Made by a program: the position numbers and the translations under genes. The notes below the pieces were generated by a model that was given only the letters and a program-made list of their open reading frames with translations, did not search any database and was not told the DNA's origin. This document shows positions 21,517-32,180 of a stretch of 64,000 nucleotides of DNA, one piece after another; positions within the stretch are counted from its first letter, which is position 1, and every line of letters begins with the position of its first letter. The stretch covers positions 736,001 through 800,000 of the forward strand of contig OZ250183.1 of assembly GCA_965238225.1 (NCBI GenBank), read 5' to 3'. The stretch is from Gammaproteobacteria bacterium (lineage in GTDB: Bacteria; Pseudomonadota; Gammaproteobacteria; Eutrophobiales; Eutrophobiaceae).

Positions 21517-22062
21517 AAACCCTTTACCGCATATATGCCCGGCGCATTGCGCAAGTATTCTTTGTAATCCATGCTGCAACCAGAGACATAGCAGTCTGGA
21601 ACTGTGATGCCAGTGAAATCAGCCTTTTTAAAAATACGCGCTCTATTTATTTGTTTATCTACCAGTACGGCAGTCTGAATTGTTTTAGCCTGTTCACTTT
21701 TGTATTGTTCAACCACAGTCGTTAATGTTTTTCCTTATGTCAAGAATATCATCGACTATTAATATGCGCCTATCTTGCAGGGAAGTAGTCGGTTTTTTAA
21801 TCCAGCGCATTGTGCCACCATTTGTTTTCCCTTGATAGCGAGTAGCATGAATATATTCTATTTGTAACGGGAAATCTAAAAGAGGAATTAATTTTCCTGT
21901 GGTGATAAGACCGCCCGTCATAATACAAAGAATAAGCAGATTTTTATCCTCAAGCACTTGGGTGATTTCCTTAGACATTTTTTGAATCGCCACTTCAACA
22001 TCTACAGATGAGTAAATCAAATCCACTTCTGCTTGAATACGTATGATTTCACCTAGGCTCAT
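21513..22062 (-). pseudogene. hpt: Hypoxanthine-guanine phosphoribosyltransferase, frameshifted near 21735
   Basis: YIHATRY and IVDDILD in 21709..22062; GKTL...TAVLVDK and MDYKEYLRNAPGIY continue in another frame. Confidence 0.9.
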
Positions 22063-22382
22063 AGCAGATTTGTAGCGTTTTACTTAAAATCAGGCTTTTT
22101 CTCATAGTGTTCTTTAGTCAATTTAATAAGAATAATCAGACTATTAGATCTATAACTTGAGTCATAAGCTTAATATTGAAAAAATGCATTAAGACCAGTT
22201 ATTTGCTACCCTGCCATTCCCTTTGGGAATGAACGGACGATTCTGGCAGACGATACTTGTATGAAAGATACATAAAATAGTCGTTAGGAACAATGTCAAT
22301 CAACAGGATATATCAATGTAAAGATTTTCCAATTAAAGATTGGATAGAAACATAATCATTCTTACAAACGAGAGGAACGAAC

Positions 22383-23636
22383 ATGTTTAGAGAAGATATG
22401 AAAGTTGCGGGTTTTGATGAAGAACTTTGGGAGGCGATGAATGCTGAATGCGTACGTCAGGAAGAGCACATTGAATTGATTGCATCGGAGAATATGACAA
22501 GTCCGCGTGTAATGGAATGCCAAGGCTCTTCTTTAACAAACAAATATGCTGAAGGTTATCCAGGCAAACGCTATTACGGCGGTTGTGAATATGTTGACGT
22601 TGCAGAGCAATTAGCAGTTACCCGTGCTAAAGAACTGTTTGGTGCAGATTGGGTGAATGTACAACCGCATTCCGGCTCACAGGCTAACGGTGCTGTTTTT
22701 TTGGCATTAATAAACCCGGGTGACAAAATCATGGGCATGAGTCTTGCGCACGGGGGTCATTTGACGCACGGTGCGGCAGTGAATGTTTCGGGTCGTAACT
22801 ATGATGCTGTTCAGTATGGCCTAGATGACAAAGGCTATATTGATTATAAGCAAGCCGAAGAACTAGCTTTGGAACACAAGCCAAAATTAATAGTTACAGG
22901 CTTTTCTGCATATTCAAGAATTGTAGATTGGCAACATTTCCGTGAGATTTCTGACAAGGTTGGTGCGATAATGATGGCTGATATTGCTCATGTTGCCGGT
23001 CTTATTGCCACAGATGAGTACCCAAGTCCTGTGCAGATTGCTGATGTAACAACCTCAACAACACATAAAACATTACGTGGTCCGCGTTCAGGTATTATCA
23101 TGGGCAAAGCCAATGATGATGTTGAGAAAAAGATAAATTTTATGGTGTTCCCTGCTTATCAGGGCGGCCCGCACATGCACACCATCGCTGGAAAAGCTGT
23201 TGCCTTTAAAGAATGCTTGGAACCCGGTTTTAAAACTTATATTCAGCAGGTTAAAAAGAATGCAGTCGCTATGGTTGACACCTTCTTTGAGCGTGGCTTG
23301 AAAATTGTTTCTGGCGGCACAGATAACCATATGTTTTTGGTAGATATGATCGAAAAAGGACTAACGGGCAAGGATGTTGATGCCGCAATAGGGCGCGCCA
23401 ATATTACCTGTAACAAAAATTCGGTTCCAAACGATCCGCAGTCGCCATTTGTAACTAGTGGTATCCGTATTGGCACACCATCTGTTACAACACGCGGTTT
23501 TGATGAAGCAAATTGCAAACAGGCTGCTAATTGGATTTGTGACATTATGGATAACATGGGCGATGATTCAGTTATTGAGCGTGTAAAGAATGATGTCCTA
23601 GCTCTTTGCAAGAGCAAGCCGCTTTACAATAATTGA
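22383..23636 (+). CDS. glyA: Serine hydroxymethyltransferase
   Basis: [39 protein letters not shown]. Confidence 0.99.
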   Translation: MFREDMKVAGFDEELWEAMNAECVRQEEHIELIASENMTSPRVMECQGSSLTNKYAEGYPGKRYYGGCEYVDVAEQLAVTRAKELFGADWVNVQPHSGSQANGAVFLALINPGDKIMGMSLAHGGHLTHGAAVNVSGRNYDAVQYGLDDKGYIDYKQAEELALEHKPKLIVTGFSAYSRIVDWQHFREISDKVGAIMMADIAHVAGLIATDEYPSPVQIADVTTSTTHKTLRGPRSGIIMGKANDDVEKKINFMVFPAYQGGPHMHTIAGKAVAFKECLEPGFKTYIQQVKKNAVAMVDTFFERGLKIVSGGTDNHMFLVDMIEKGLTGKDVDAAIGRANITCNKNSVPNDPQSPFVTSGIRIGTPSVTTRGFDEANCKQAANWICDIMDNMGDDSVIERVKNDVLALCKSKPLYNN

Positions 23637-23753
23637 TTTGTTAAATATGTAGTTCTGGTTTTTAGGGAGATCGTTGTGCGATCCCCTGCGTCGTTAGGAA
23701 AGAATTACTTGAAAATGCAATTCATCAATCAGCTAAAAAAGGAAGGTGAGTGA

Positions 23754-24266
23754 ATGCAATGTCCATTTTGTTCTGATATGGATACGCGCGTTATTGATTC
23801 TCGCTTAACTGGCGCAAGCGATCAAATTCGTCGCCGTCGTAAATGCACAAAGTGCAAAGAACGTTTTACGACTTATGAATCTGCAGAATTGAATTTACCT
23901 AGAATCCTGAAATCGGATGGTCGACGTGAATCCTTCGATGAGAGTAAGCTTCGTAGCGGTATTCTGCGTGCTATTGAGAAACGTCCTGTAGCAATGGAAA
24001 AAGTTGAGGTGGCTATTTCACAAATTAAACATACGCTCAGGACTGAAGGTGAACGGGAAGTCAAATCACGCAAACTGGGAAACTGGGTGATGGAACAGTT
24101 ACGAAAACTTGATAAAGTTGCCTATGTACGTTTTGCATCAGTCTACAGGAATTTCGAAGATGTACGTGCATTTTTAGAAGAGATAGAGCGTTTGGATAAT
24201 GATTTGCCTCCGGAAATAAAAGACGGTCAGCTTGATTTATTAGAATCTAACGGTGAAGAGAGTTGA
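23754..24266 (+). CDS. nrdR: Transcriptional repressor NrdR
   Basis: MQCPFC, VIDSR, RRRRKC..C..RFTTYE, ATP cone, [10 protein letters not shown]. Confidence 0.98.
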   Translation: MQCPFCSDMDTRVIDSRLTGASDQIRRRRKCTKCKERFTTYESAELNLPRILKSDGRRESFDESKLRSGILRAIEKRPVAMEKVEVAISQIKHTLRTEGEREVKSRKLGNWVMEQLRKLDKVAYVRFASVYRNFEDVRAFLEEIERLDNDLPPEIKDGQLDLLESNGEES

Positions 24267-25378
24267 TGTGGACAGCCTTAGACCACCAATACATGTCTCG
24301 CGCTTTACAACTAGCGCGACGCGGCCTTTATAGTACCGATCCAAATCCTCGTGTAGGTTGTGTCATTGTTAAATCTGATGTTATCCTGTCGGAGGGATGG
24401 CATCAAAGAGCCGGGCAAGCACATGCAGAAATCGAAGCTCTAAACAATGCATCAGAGGATGTCCATGGGGCGACTTGCTATGTAACATTAGAGCCATGCG
24501 CGCATCATGGATATACATCACCTTGTACTGAATCTTTGATAAGCGCTGGCATTAAAAGAGTTGTAGCAGCAGCCATTGATCCCAACCCACTGGTTGCAGG
24601 TAAGGGATTGCAGCAGCTAAAAGAAGCCGGCATTACAACAGCCAGTGGCTTGATGGCAGCACAGGCATCTGCATTAAATCCTGGTTTTGAAATGCGTATG
24701 CAGCAAGGACGTCCGTTTGTGAGATGCAAATTGGCGATGAGTCTGGATGGGAAAACTGCATTGTCAAATGGCGAGAGTAAATGGATTAGTAGTTCGGAAT
24801 CTAGAATGGATGTGCAAAAATTGCGCGCACGTAGTTCTGCAATAATGACCGGTATAGGTACTATCATTGCAGATAATCCGTCAATGAATGTTAGATCGTC
24901 TGAATTGTCGGATTGGACAACGCAAGCAAGACAGCCATTGAGAGTAATACTAGATTCTAATCTTCAGATATTACCTGAAGCAAAGATACTAAATATTGCG
25001 GGCAATGTGATTATTTTTCATGCGTCAGAAGATAAAAAAAACAAACAAAACCTTGAAAAATCTGGCGCTGAATTGGTCTTTGTGCAAGCAAAAAAAAGAC
25101 CAGAGTTTCTTGAATACGTTTTAGCTTATTTGGCGACAGAAAAAGAGATTAACGAGGTTCTTCTGGAGGCAGGTTCAATTTTGGCTGGTGAGATGATGCA
25201 AGCAGGTTTCATTGATGAATTGGTTCTCTATCTTGCGCCAAGCTTGCTAGGTCAGGGCGCTAAAGGCTTGTTTCAGTTGCCTTTGCTCAGCAATATGTCT
25301 GAACGGATTTCTTTAGATTATTCAGATATAATGTTCATTGGCAAGGATATCAGAATCAAGGTAACAGTTAATAGATAA
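24266..25378 (+). CDS. ribD: Riboflavin biosynthesis deaminase/reductase
   Basis: PNPRVGCV, HAE, TLEPC, SLDGKTA. Confidence 0.97.
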   Translation: MWTALDHQYMSRALQLARRGLYSTDPNPRVGCVIVKSDVILSEGWHQRAGQAHAEIEALNNASEDVHGATCYVTLEPCAHHGYTSPCTESLISAGIKRVVAAAIDPNPLVAGKGLQQLKEAGITTASGLMAAQASALNPGFEMRMQQGRPFVRCKLAMSLDGKTALSNGESKWISSSESRMDVQKLRARSSAIMTGIGTIIADNPSMNVRSSELSDWTTQARQPLRVILDSNLQILPEAKILNIAGNVIIFHASEDKKNKQNLEKSGAELVFVQAKKRPEFLEYVLAYLATEKEINEVLLEAGSILAGEMMQAGFIDELVLYLAPSLLGQGAKGLFQLPLLSNMSERISLDYSDIMFIGKDIRIKVTVNR

Positions 25379-25513
25379 AATAATAAGTAAACATCTAATA
25401 CACTGTCGGTCAACATACTTAATATAATAAAAATTATAAATTTATTTATTCGTAAATTTTCACAGCCTGTTATTATTTGTAATAATTTTTAATTGACAAT
25501 GACTTAATTAAGG

Positions 25514-27196
25514 ATGGTCAGTATGTCAGATATTGAAATTGCACAACAAGCGAATAAGAAGCGTATTATTGATCTAGCCAAAGATCGATATAGCATTGCA
25601 AGCGATCATTTAGAGCCTTACGGCCATTACAAGGCAAAACTGTCTCTGAATTATATTGAAAGTCTGGAAGATAAAAAGGATAGCAAGCTCGTTCTGGTAA
25701 CGGCCGTTAGCCCGACCCCAGCTGGAGAGGGTAAGACTACAACTACAGTAGGTTTAGGTGATGCGCTCAATCGTATCGGCAAAAAAGCCATTATATGCCT
25801 CCGTGAACCGTCACTTGGTCCTTGTTTTGGTGTTAAAGGTGGCGCAGCAGGCGGTGGCTATGCTCAGATCGTTCCTATGGAAGACATCAACCTTCACTTT
25901 ACTGGAGATTTCCATGCCATTGGCGTAGCCCATAACCTGTTATCAGCCATGATTGATAACCACATTCATCATGGCAATGAACTTGGCATCGATCTGCGTC
26001 GAATACAATGGAAACGTGTTGTTGACATGAACGACCGTGCGTTACGAAAAATAACCGTTGGCATGGGTGGTTCTGCTAATGGTTATTTACGCGAAGATGG
26101 TTACGATATTGTTGTTGCCTCTGAAGTCATGGCGATTCTTTGTTTGGCAACCAGTCGTGCTGACTTGAAAGAACGCTTGGGTCGAATAGTCATCGCTTAT
26201 AAGCAAGACAACAAAACGCCAGTTTACGCAAGAGAACTGAATGTACATGGCGCAATGGCAGCTTTACTTAAAGATGCTATCAATCCTAATTTGGTGCAAA
26301 CCCTAGAAAATAATATCGCAATTGTCCATGGCGGCCCTTTTGCCAATATTGCACATGGTTGCAATACAGTTACAGCAACCAAGACTGGCTTAAAGTTGGC
26401 TGATTACGTCATTACAGAAGGGGGTTTTGGCGCTGATTTGGGCGCTGAAAAATTCATTGATATTAAGTCACGCATGGCAGGGCTCGATCCTGCCGCGATT
26501 GTACTTGTTGCAACTATTCGTGCAATGAAATATCACGGTGGCGTAGCAAAAACAGATCTGAATAATGAGAACCTTGAAGCACTGGACAAAGGTATGGTGA
26601 ATATGGAACGTCATATTAAAAACATTACAGACGTATATGGTCTGCCTTGTATTGTCTGTCTGAATCATTTCACTTTAGATACCGATGCAGAAATTAATAT
26701 GTTGCTTGAGCGTTGTAAATCTCTCGGTGTCAAAGCCGTGGTTTCCAAGCATTGGGCTGATGGTGGCGCTGGTGCCGAAGAATTAGCAAAAGAAGTTGCC
26801 GATGTTGTCGATAATAATCCAGGTATACACAAATTCGTCTATAAAAATGAAGATTCTTTATGGGAGAAGATAGAAAAAATTGCCACTAAGGTCTACGGTG
26901 CAGCAAGTATCTCTGCAGATGTAAAAGTTAAACAGCAGTTAGATGACTGGAATAGAGAATATGGTTCTTACCCGGTTTGTATTGCCAAGACACAAATGTC
27001 TTTTTCAACTGATCCGACAGCCATCGGCGCACCTTCTGGACATAATGTTCACATAAATGAAGTTCGACTTGCTAATGGTGCAGGTTTTGTCGTAGCCATC
27101 GCGGGTAATATGATGACTATGCCAGGTTTACCTAAAGCTTCTGCGGCAGAACGCATCGATATTGATGATAATGGAAATATTTCCGGTCTGTTCTAA
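25514..27196 (+). CDS. fhs: Formate-tetrahydrofolate ligase
   Basis: [47 protein letters not shown]. Confidence 0.98.
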   Translation: MVSMSDIEIAQQANKKRIIDLAKDRYSIASDHLEPYGHYKAKLSLNYIESLEDKKDSKLVLVTAVSPTPAGEGKTTTTVGLGDALNRIGKKAIICLREPSLGPCFGVKGGAAGGGYAQIVPMEDINLHFTGDFHAIGVAHNLLSAMIDNHIHHGNELGIDLRRIQWKRVVDMNDRALRKITVGMGGSANGYLREDGYDIVVASEVMAILCLATSRADLKERLGRIVIAYKQDNKTPVYARELNVHGAMAALLKDAINPNLVQTLENNIAIVHGGPFANIAHGCNTVTATKTGLKLADYVITEGGFGADLGAEKFIDIKSRMAGLDPAAIVLVATIRAMKYHGGVAKTDLNNENLEALDKGMVNMERHIKNITDVYGLPCIVCLNHFTLDTDAEINMLLERCKSLGVKAVVSKHWADGGAGAEELAKEVADVVDNNPGIHKFVYKNEDSLWEKIEKIATKVYGAASISADVKVKQQLDDWNREYGSYPVCIAKTQMSFSTDPTAIGAPSGHNVHINEVRLANGAGFVVAIAGNMMTMPGLPKASAAERIDIDDNGNISGLF

Positions 27197-27310
27197 TAAG
27201 GCGGTCTAGAAAAAATAAAAAAATTCATAAGCGATGTAGATTCTTTAAATATGATATTTAATTACATGGTAATTTTATCAGATGATACAGTCTTATATAA
27301 TAATTAATGC

Positions 27311-27862
27311 ATGATGCATAAAATATCTCTAATTACTGTACCGCTTGTTATAGTATTTCTAGCCGCTATTATCTGTCTGTGGGTGTCGCCGAACGGGATT
27401 AGCCAAGCGCCAAACATTAGACTCACTATCACAGATGGAACAAGCATTGATTTAAAAAAGCTACGAGGCAAGCCGGTTTTAGTGACTTTTTGGGCAACCT
27501 CTTGTGTTAGTTGTGTGCGCGAAATACCATACTTGATCACACTTTATAGTGAGCTTTCTGATGACGGTTTGGAAATCATTGGTGTAGCTATGCCTTATGA
27601 TCCACCCAATCATGTAGTTGAAATGATTGCCGAACGAGAAATTCCCTATCCTGTCGCGATTGATATTGAGGGTAATGCGGTCGTTGCTTTTGGTGATGTG
27701 ATTGTTACACCAACATCCTTTTTAATTGCTCCAGATGGTACAATTACCAAACATACTATTGGTGAAATGGATATGGATGAATTTCGTGATTCGATACTTT
27801 CAATGTTATCGAATCAAAATACAGTGAGCAGCTTAAACTTAATTTCTATATCTTTATCCTGA
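27311..27862 (+). CDS. TlpA-family thiol:disulfide oxidoreductase
   Basis: N-terminal anchor, FWATSCVSC, TPTSFLI. Confidence 0.88.
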   Translation: MMHKISLITVPLVIVFLAAIICLWVSPNGISQAPNIRLTITDGTSIDLKKLRGKPVLVTFWATSCVSCVREIPYLITLYSELSDDGLEIIGVAMPYDPPNHVVEMIAEREIPYPVAIDIEGNAVVAFGDVIVTPTSFLIAPDGTITKHTIGEMDMDEFRDSILSMLSNQNTVSSLNLISISLS

Positions 27863-27877
27863 CTAGAGCCTCACATC

Positions 27878-28303
27878 ATGCTTTGGGCTAAAGCTTTACA
27901 TCTTATTTTTATGGTGACTTGGTTTGCAGGTCTTTTTTATCTCCCACGACTTTTTATTTATCATTCCATAAGCGAAGACGAAATAAGTATTAAGCGCTTC
28001 AAGCTCATGGAGCGGAAACTGTTCTTTGGTATTATGACTCCGGGCGCAATTCTAACTATAATCTTTGGTTTTTTGACATTGTTTGCAAGTGATTTAGGAG
28101 CTTATGCAGAAATGTCATGGCTTCATATAAAGTTGTCTTTAATTTTTGTGCTGGTTATTTATCATATATATTGTGGAAAATTGTTATTGGATTTTAAACA
28201 TGACCGTAACAATCATGGTCGTACATTTTACCGTTGGTTGAATGAATTTCCGGTATTACTTTTGGTTGTGATTATTATTTTAGCAGTAGTCAGACCTTTT
28301 TAA
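27878..28303 (+). CDS. hemJ: Protoporphyrinogen oxidase HemJ (CopD-like family)
   Basis: KALHLIFMVTWFAGLFYLPRLFIYH, MERKL, NEFP. Confidence 0.92.
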   Translation: MLWAKALHLIFMVTWFAGLFYLPRLFIYHSISEDEISIKRFKLMERKLFFGIMTPGAILTIIFGFLTLFASDLGAYAEMSWLHIKLSLIFVLVIYHIYCGKLLLDFKHDRNNHGRTFYRWLNEFPVLLLVVIIILAVVRPF

Positions 28304-28391
28304 TCTATATCATAGATAGTAGATTAAAATATTTTTTCAGACTCTGCCCAAGCAAAAAGTAATTTACCTTAATTTTTTTATAAATTATTTG

Positions 28392-28556
28392 TCAAATCTC
28401 AATCATTTCAAAATCGGCTTTCGGTGCTGAACATTCTGGACATATCCAGTCTTCAGGTACATCCTCCCATTTAGTGCCCGCCTCAATCCCATCTTCTGGC
28501 CAACCTTTCTCTTCTTCGTAAACAAAACCGCAAATTGTGCACATATATTGTTTCAT
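28392..28556 (-). CDS. Rubredoxin, 54 aa (not in ORF track)
   Basis: Manual translation [54 protein letters not shown] with two CxxC motifs. Confidence 0.96.
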   Translation of the reverse strand: MKQYMCTICGFVYEEEKGWPEDGIEAGTKWEDVPEDWICPECSAPKADFEMIEI

Positions 28557-28644
28557 TAAATTATCCTTAATATACTGAATTTATGAAATCTACATATTAT
28601 AACAAGCTAGACTCATTTAAAATGACTGTTAATGAACAAAAACT

Positions 28645-29442
28645 ATGAATAAACCAACTACGAATAAACCTGTTGTCCTTGTGCTGGCGGCCCATGATCC
28701 CTCTGGTGGCGCCGGTATTCAGGCAGATATTGAAACACTGGCGGCGCATGAATGCATTGCGACCTCAGTTATCACCTCACTAACAGCTCAAAATACGCAA
28801 TCATTTTCTTATCACATTCCTCAAGCAACAGGAGATTTTATCTCTCAGACCAAACTCATTGTAGATGATATTAATATCAATGTTTGTAAAATTGGCGCGA
28901 TTGGTTCCCGAGAATTAATTTGTGCAATTCATAAATTAATTGCAGATAAAGATTTCCCGGTAATTTTTGATCCTGTTCTGCAATCGACAGTAGGTCATGA
29001 TTTCTCTGATGAAGAAACATGTAGTTTACTTTGCGACCTTATCGTACCGCTTGCGAAAATAATTACACCAAATCGTGATGAGGCAATGCGATTAACGGGA
29101 GAATGCGATTTGCAATCAGCAGCAAAAAAATTGCTTGATATGAATTGTAAAAATGTTTTAATTACAGACGCAGAAGATTCTAAAACAGAAATTCACAATC
29201 ATCTTTACCAAGAAGATGGCCGGTGTCAAAAATTTACCTATGAACGTCTGTCTGAAAATTTTCATGGTTCAGGTTGTACGTTGGCTTCTGCAATCAGTGC
29301 AAATCTTGCAAAAAATATCGAACTCATACAATCGATTGAACAAGCTCAGGAATTCACTTGGCAAAGTCTTAAATATGGCTTGCAGCTAGGCAAGGGACAA
29401 ATACACCCGAATCGTTCTTTTAAACAATCAAGTGTTAAATAA
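28645..29442 (+). CDS. thiD: Hydroxymethylpyrimidine/phosphomethylpyrimidine kinase
   Basis: DPSGGAGIQADI, TAQNT, DPV, TPN, HGSGCTLASA. Confidence 0.93.
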   Translation: MNKPTTNKPVVLVLAAHDPSGGAGIQADIETLAAHECIATSVITSLTAQNTQSFSYHIPQATGDFISQTKLIVDDININVCKIGAIGSRELICAIHKLIADKDFPVIFDPVLQSTVGHDFSDEETCSLLCDLIVPLAKIITPNRDEAMRLTGECDLQSAAKKLLDMNCKNVLITDAEDSKTEIHNHLYQEDGRCQKFTYERLSENFHGSGCTLASAISANLAKNIELIQSIEQAQEFTWQSLKYGLQLGKGQIHPNRSFKQSSVK

Positions 29443-29444
29443 TC

Positions 29445-30083
29445 GTGAGATTCAACATAAAAGGGCTTTATGTAATTACTGATACAAGTAACATTAGTTC
29501 AGAAATAATGTTCGCTAGAACAAAAGAAATTTTACGTGCAGGCGCAAAGCTTTTGCAGTACAGAAATAAACAGGCAGATGCAAGCACGCGTATTAGAGAA
29601 GCAAAAAAACTCCACGAATTATGTCGACAATACTCAGTGCCTCTGATTATTAATGATGATGTTAAGCTCGCATCACAAGTAGACGCCGATGGCGTGCATT
29701 TAGGCAAAGATGATTCATCTATTGTTGCTGCTAAAGCGCAGCTTAAAAGCGAAGCAATAATTGGTTGTTCCTGTTATAATGACTTCGGCAACGCAGAACA
29801 AGCTGCAAAGTCTGGTGCTGATTATATTGCTTTTGGCGCATTTTACCCTTCACCGACAAAACCTGAGGCAGTACACGCCACACCTGATATTATTCAAACG
29901 GCCAAACAAAAATTCAAACTCCCCGTGGTTGCTATTGGTGGTATTACACCAGAAAATGGGCAATCCTTAATTGCAGCGGGTGCTGATATGTTGGCGGTCG
30001 TGAGCGGGCTTTATAATTCTGAAACTTCGTTTACCACAACAATGAAATATATAAATTTATTCCAAGAATCTATGAGGCAATAA
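29445..30083 (+). CDS. thiE: Thiamine-phosphate synthase
   Basis: GLYVITD, QYRNK, IINDD, GVHLG, SPTK, AIGGIT. Confidence 0.96.
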   Translation: MRFNIKGLYVITDTSNISSEIMFARTKEILRAGAKLLQYRNKQADASTRIREAKKLHELCRQYSVPLIINDDVKLASQVDADGVHLGKDDSSIVAAKAQLKSEAIIGCSCYNDFGNAEQAAKSGADYIAFGAFYPSPTKPEAVHATPDIIQTAKQKFKLPVVAIGGITPENGQSLIAAGADMLAVVSGLYNSETSFTTTMKYINLFQESMRQ

Positions 30084-30253
30084 AGTTACAAGAGAGGCAA
30101 ATGAAAAAATTTTTATTTTTTTGATATTTTAGTTTGATGCTTTGAAGTGAATAGGCAGTCTATTTTATTAAAAAATTGGAAGTAAAAAATAGATAAGATT
30201 AAAAAAATTTCATCCTGAAGATAGATTATCCATTACTTAAAACACTTTTATAT

Positions 30254-31525
30254 ATGACAAAAAATTTATTTAAAGCTGCACAAGAGCACATCCCCGGAGG
30301 TGTAAACTCACCAGTGCGCGCATTCAAATCCGTTGGTGGCGATCCGGTATTTTTATCCAAAGCAGAGGGCGCCTATGTTTATGCTAGCGACGGCAAACAA
30401 TACATTGATTATGTAGGTTCATGGGGAGCTATGGTTCTAGGCCATGCTCATCCAGACGTAATTAAGGTCGTACAGGAGACTTCTGAAAATGGACTTAGTT
30501 TTGGCGCACCGACAGAACTCGAAACGAAAATGGCCAACAAGATTTGCGCGCTCATGGAAAATATTGAAAAGGTACGCATGGTAAGCTCAGGCACAGAAGC
30601 TGCTATGAGTGCGATTCGACTTGCCAGAGGGTTTACCGGTAGAGATAAGATAGTTAAATTTGAAGGTTGTTATCATGGACATGCAGACTCGTTGTTAGTT
30701 AAAGCGGGGTCAGGTGCTCTAACACTCGGTGTTCCGACTTCTCCCGGGGTTCCTCTAGATTTGGCACAACACACCATCACCTTGAGCTATAATAATCCTG
30801 AACAAATTGAAAAAACATTTAATGAAATTGGCGATAAAATCTCCGCTGTTATCGTTGAACCCATCGCAGGTAATATGAATTGCGTCCCCGCTACACAAAT
30901 ATTTCTGGAGTTATTAAGAAATGTCTGTGACAAATACCAAAGTGTGCTTATCTTTGATGAAGTCATGTCTGGCTTTCGTGTTGCGCTTGGTGGCGCTCAA
31001 TCACTCTACAATGTAACGCCTGACCTCACTATATTAGGCAAAGTCATCGGCGGCGGCATGCCAGTGGGCGCTTTTGGTGGTCATAAAGACATTATGAATC
31101 ACATTGCCCCAGATGGTCCGGTTTATCAAGCAGGAACACTCTCTGGAAATCCAATAGTCATGAGCGCAGGATTGGCAACATTAGATTTGATTGCAAAAGC
31201 AAACTTCTTTGAAGAATTATCAAAGACAACAAAATTATTAGTTGATGGTTTGCAGAAGGTAGCGGATGCAGCAGGAATACCTTTTACCACCAATTCAGTC
31301 GGCGGCATGTTTGGATTATTTTTCAGCGAGGAAACAAATATCTCTTCATTTGACCAAGTCATGAACTGCAATAAAGAACAGTTCAATACTTTTTTTCATG
31401 GTATGTTAGAACAGGGCATCTATCTTGCGCCTTCTTCATTCGAAACAGGTTTTGTTTCCAAGTCTCACACTAGAAAAGAAATTGAAGAAACTATTATCGC
31501 CGCAAGTGAAGTAATGAAAAAATAA
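30254..31525 (+). CDS. hemL: Glutamate-1-semialdehyde 2,1-aminomutase
   Basis: [41 protein letters not shown]. Confidence 0.98.
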   Translation: MTKNLFKAAQEHIPGGVNSPVRAFKSVGGDPVFLSKAEGAYVYASDGKQYIDYVGSWGAMVLGHAHPDVIKVVQETSENGLSFGAPTELETKMANKICALMENIEKVRMVSSGTEAAMSAIRLARGFTGRDKIVKFEGCYHGHADSLLVKAGSGALTLGVPTSPGVPLDLAQHTITLSYNNPEQIEKTFNEIGDKISAVIVEPIAGNMNCVPATQIFLELLRNVCDKYQSVLIFDEVMSGFRVALGGAQSLYNVTPDLTILGKVIGGGMPVGAFGGHKDIMNHIAPDGPVYQAGTLSGNPIVMSAGLATLDLIAKANFFEELSKTTKLLVDGLQKVADAAGIPFTTNSVGGMFGLFFSEETNISSFDQVMNCNKEQFNTFFHGMLEQGIYLAPSSFETGFVSKSHTRKEIEETIIAASEVMKK

Positions 31526-31574
31526 TCAATGACAAAATTTTTATTTTAAATAAATTGTTTTAATTGAAATTGTT

Positions 31575-32090
31575 TTAATTATTTAAGTTTGCCACTTCTT
31601 CAAGCTTTGGAAAGGTAAACATAAAATCTGTGCTCGATAAAGGCTTATGGCAAACTGCACAATCAAGGTTATTTTTCTTTGGCATTCCTTTTGTGTCATA
31701 TAAAGCAAAACCCCAACCCCCAGCGCGTTCATTCTCAGGATAATCTGCGCCCCAATCATTACGTTTTTCCATCACGGCAACAGCAGCATTTTTCTTTTTT
31801 ATGAATAAACCGTTTTTACTAATAACTGGTGCGCCTGCTTCGTCAATTTCAGGTTTATGTATCTCCATGATGATAGTAGAGCCTTCAGAAAGTGTGCCAC
31901 TTCTTACGCTGTTGATTGCTATGTCATTGGCATACATATCAGCAATTTGTTTGTTGTTGGAGCGGTTCTGGGTGTTGTAATACGTAAATGAATTCTTATA
32001 GCCTTCTGGATATTTTACTTGATCATTCCGTCCACCGGAAAAAACTGATGCTGATATAAGTAATAATATAAAAGTAATAATTTTTTTCAT
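31575..32090 (-). CDS. Cytochrome P460-family periplasmic c-type cytochrome, probably c'-beta type
   Basis: Signal peptide, YPEGYK, YAN..A, EGSTIIME, VMEK, GGWGF, C-terminal CAVCH and DFMF. Confidence 0.8.
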   Translation of the reverse strand: MKKIITFILLLISASVFSGGRNDQVKYPEGYKNSFTYYNTQNRSNNKQIADMYANDIAINSVRSGTLSEGSTIIMEIHKPEIDEAGAPVISKNGLFIKKKNAAVAVMEKRNDWGADYPENERAGGWGFALYDTKGMPKKNNLDCAVCHKPLSSTDFMFTFPKLEEVANLNN

Positions 32091-32180
32091 GATGCATTTT
32101 AAATTTAAAGTGAATAATATTTTCTGAATCCTACATATTCTCTTATTTTTCTTTATTGTAGCCAGATGATTAATTATAGC

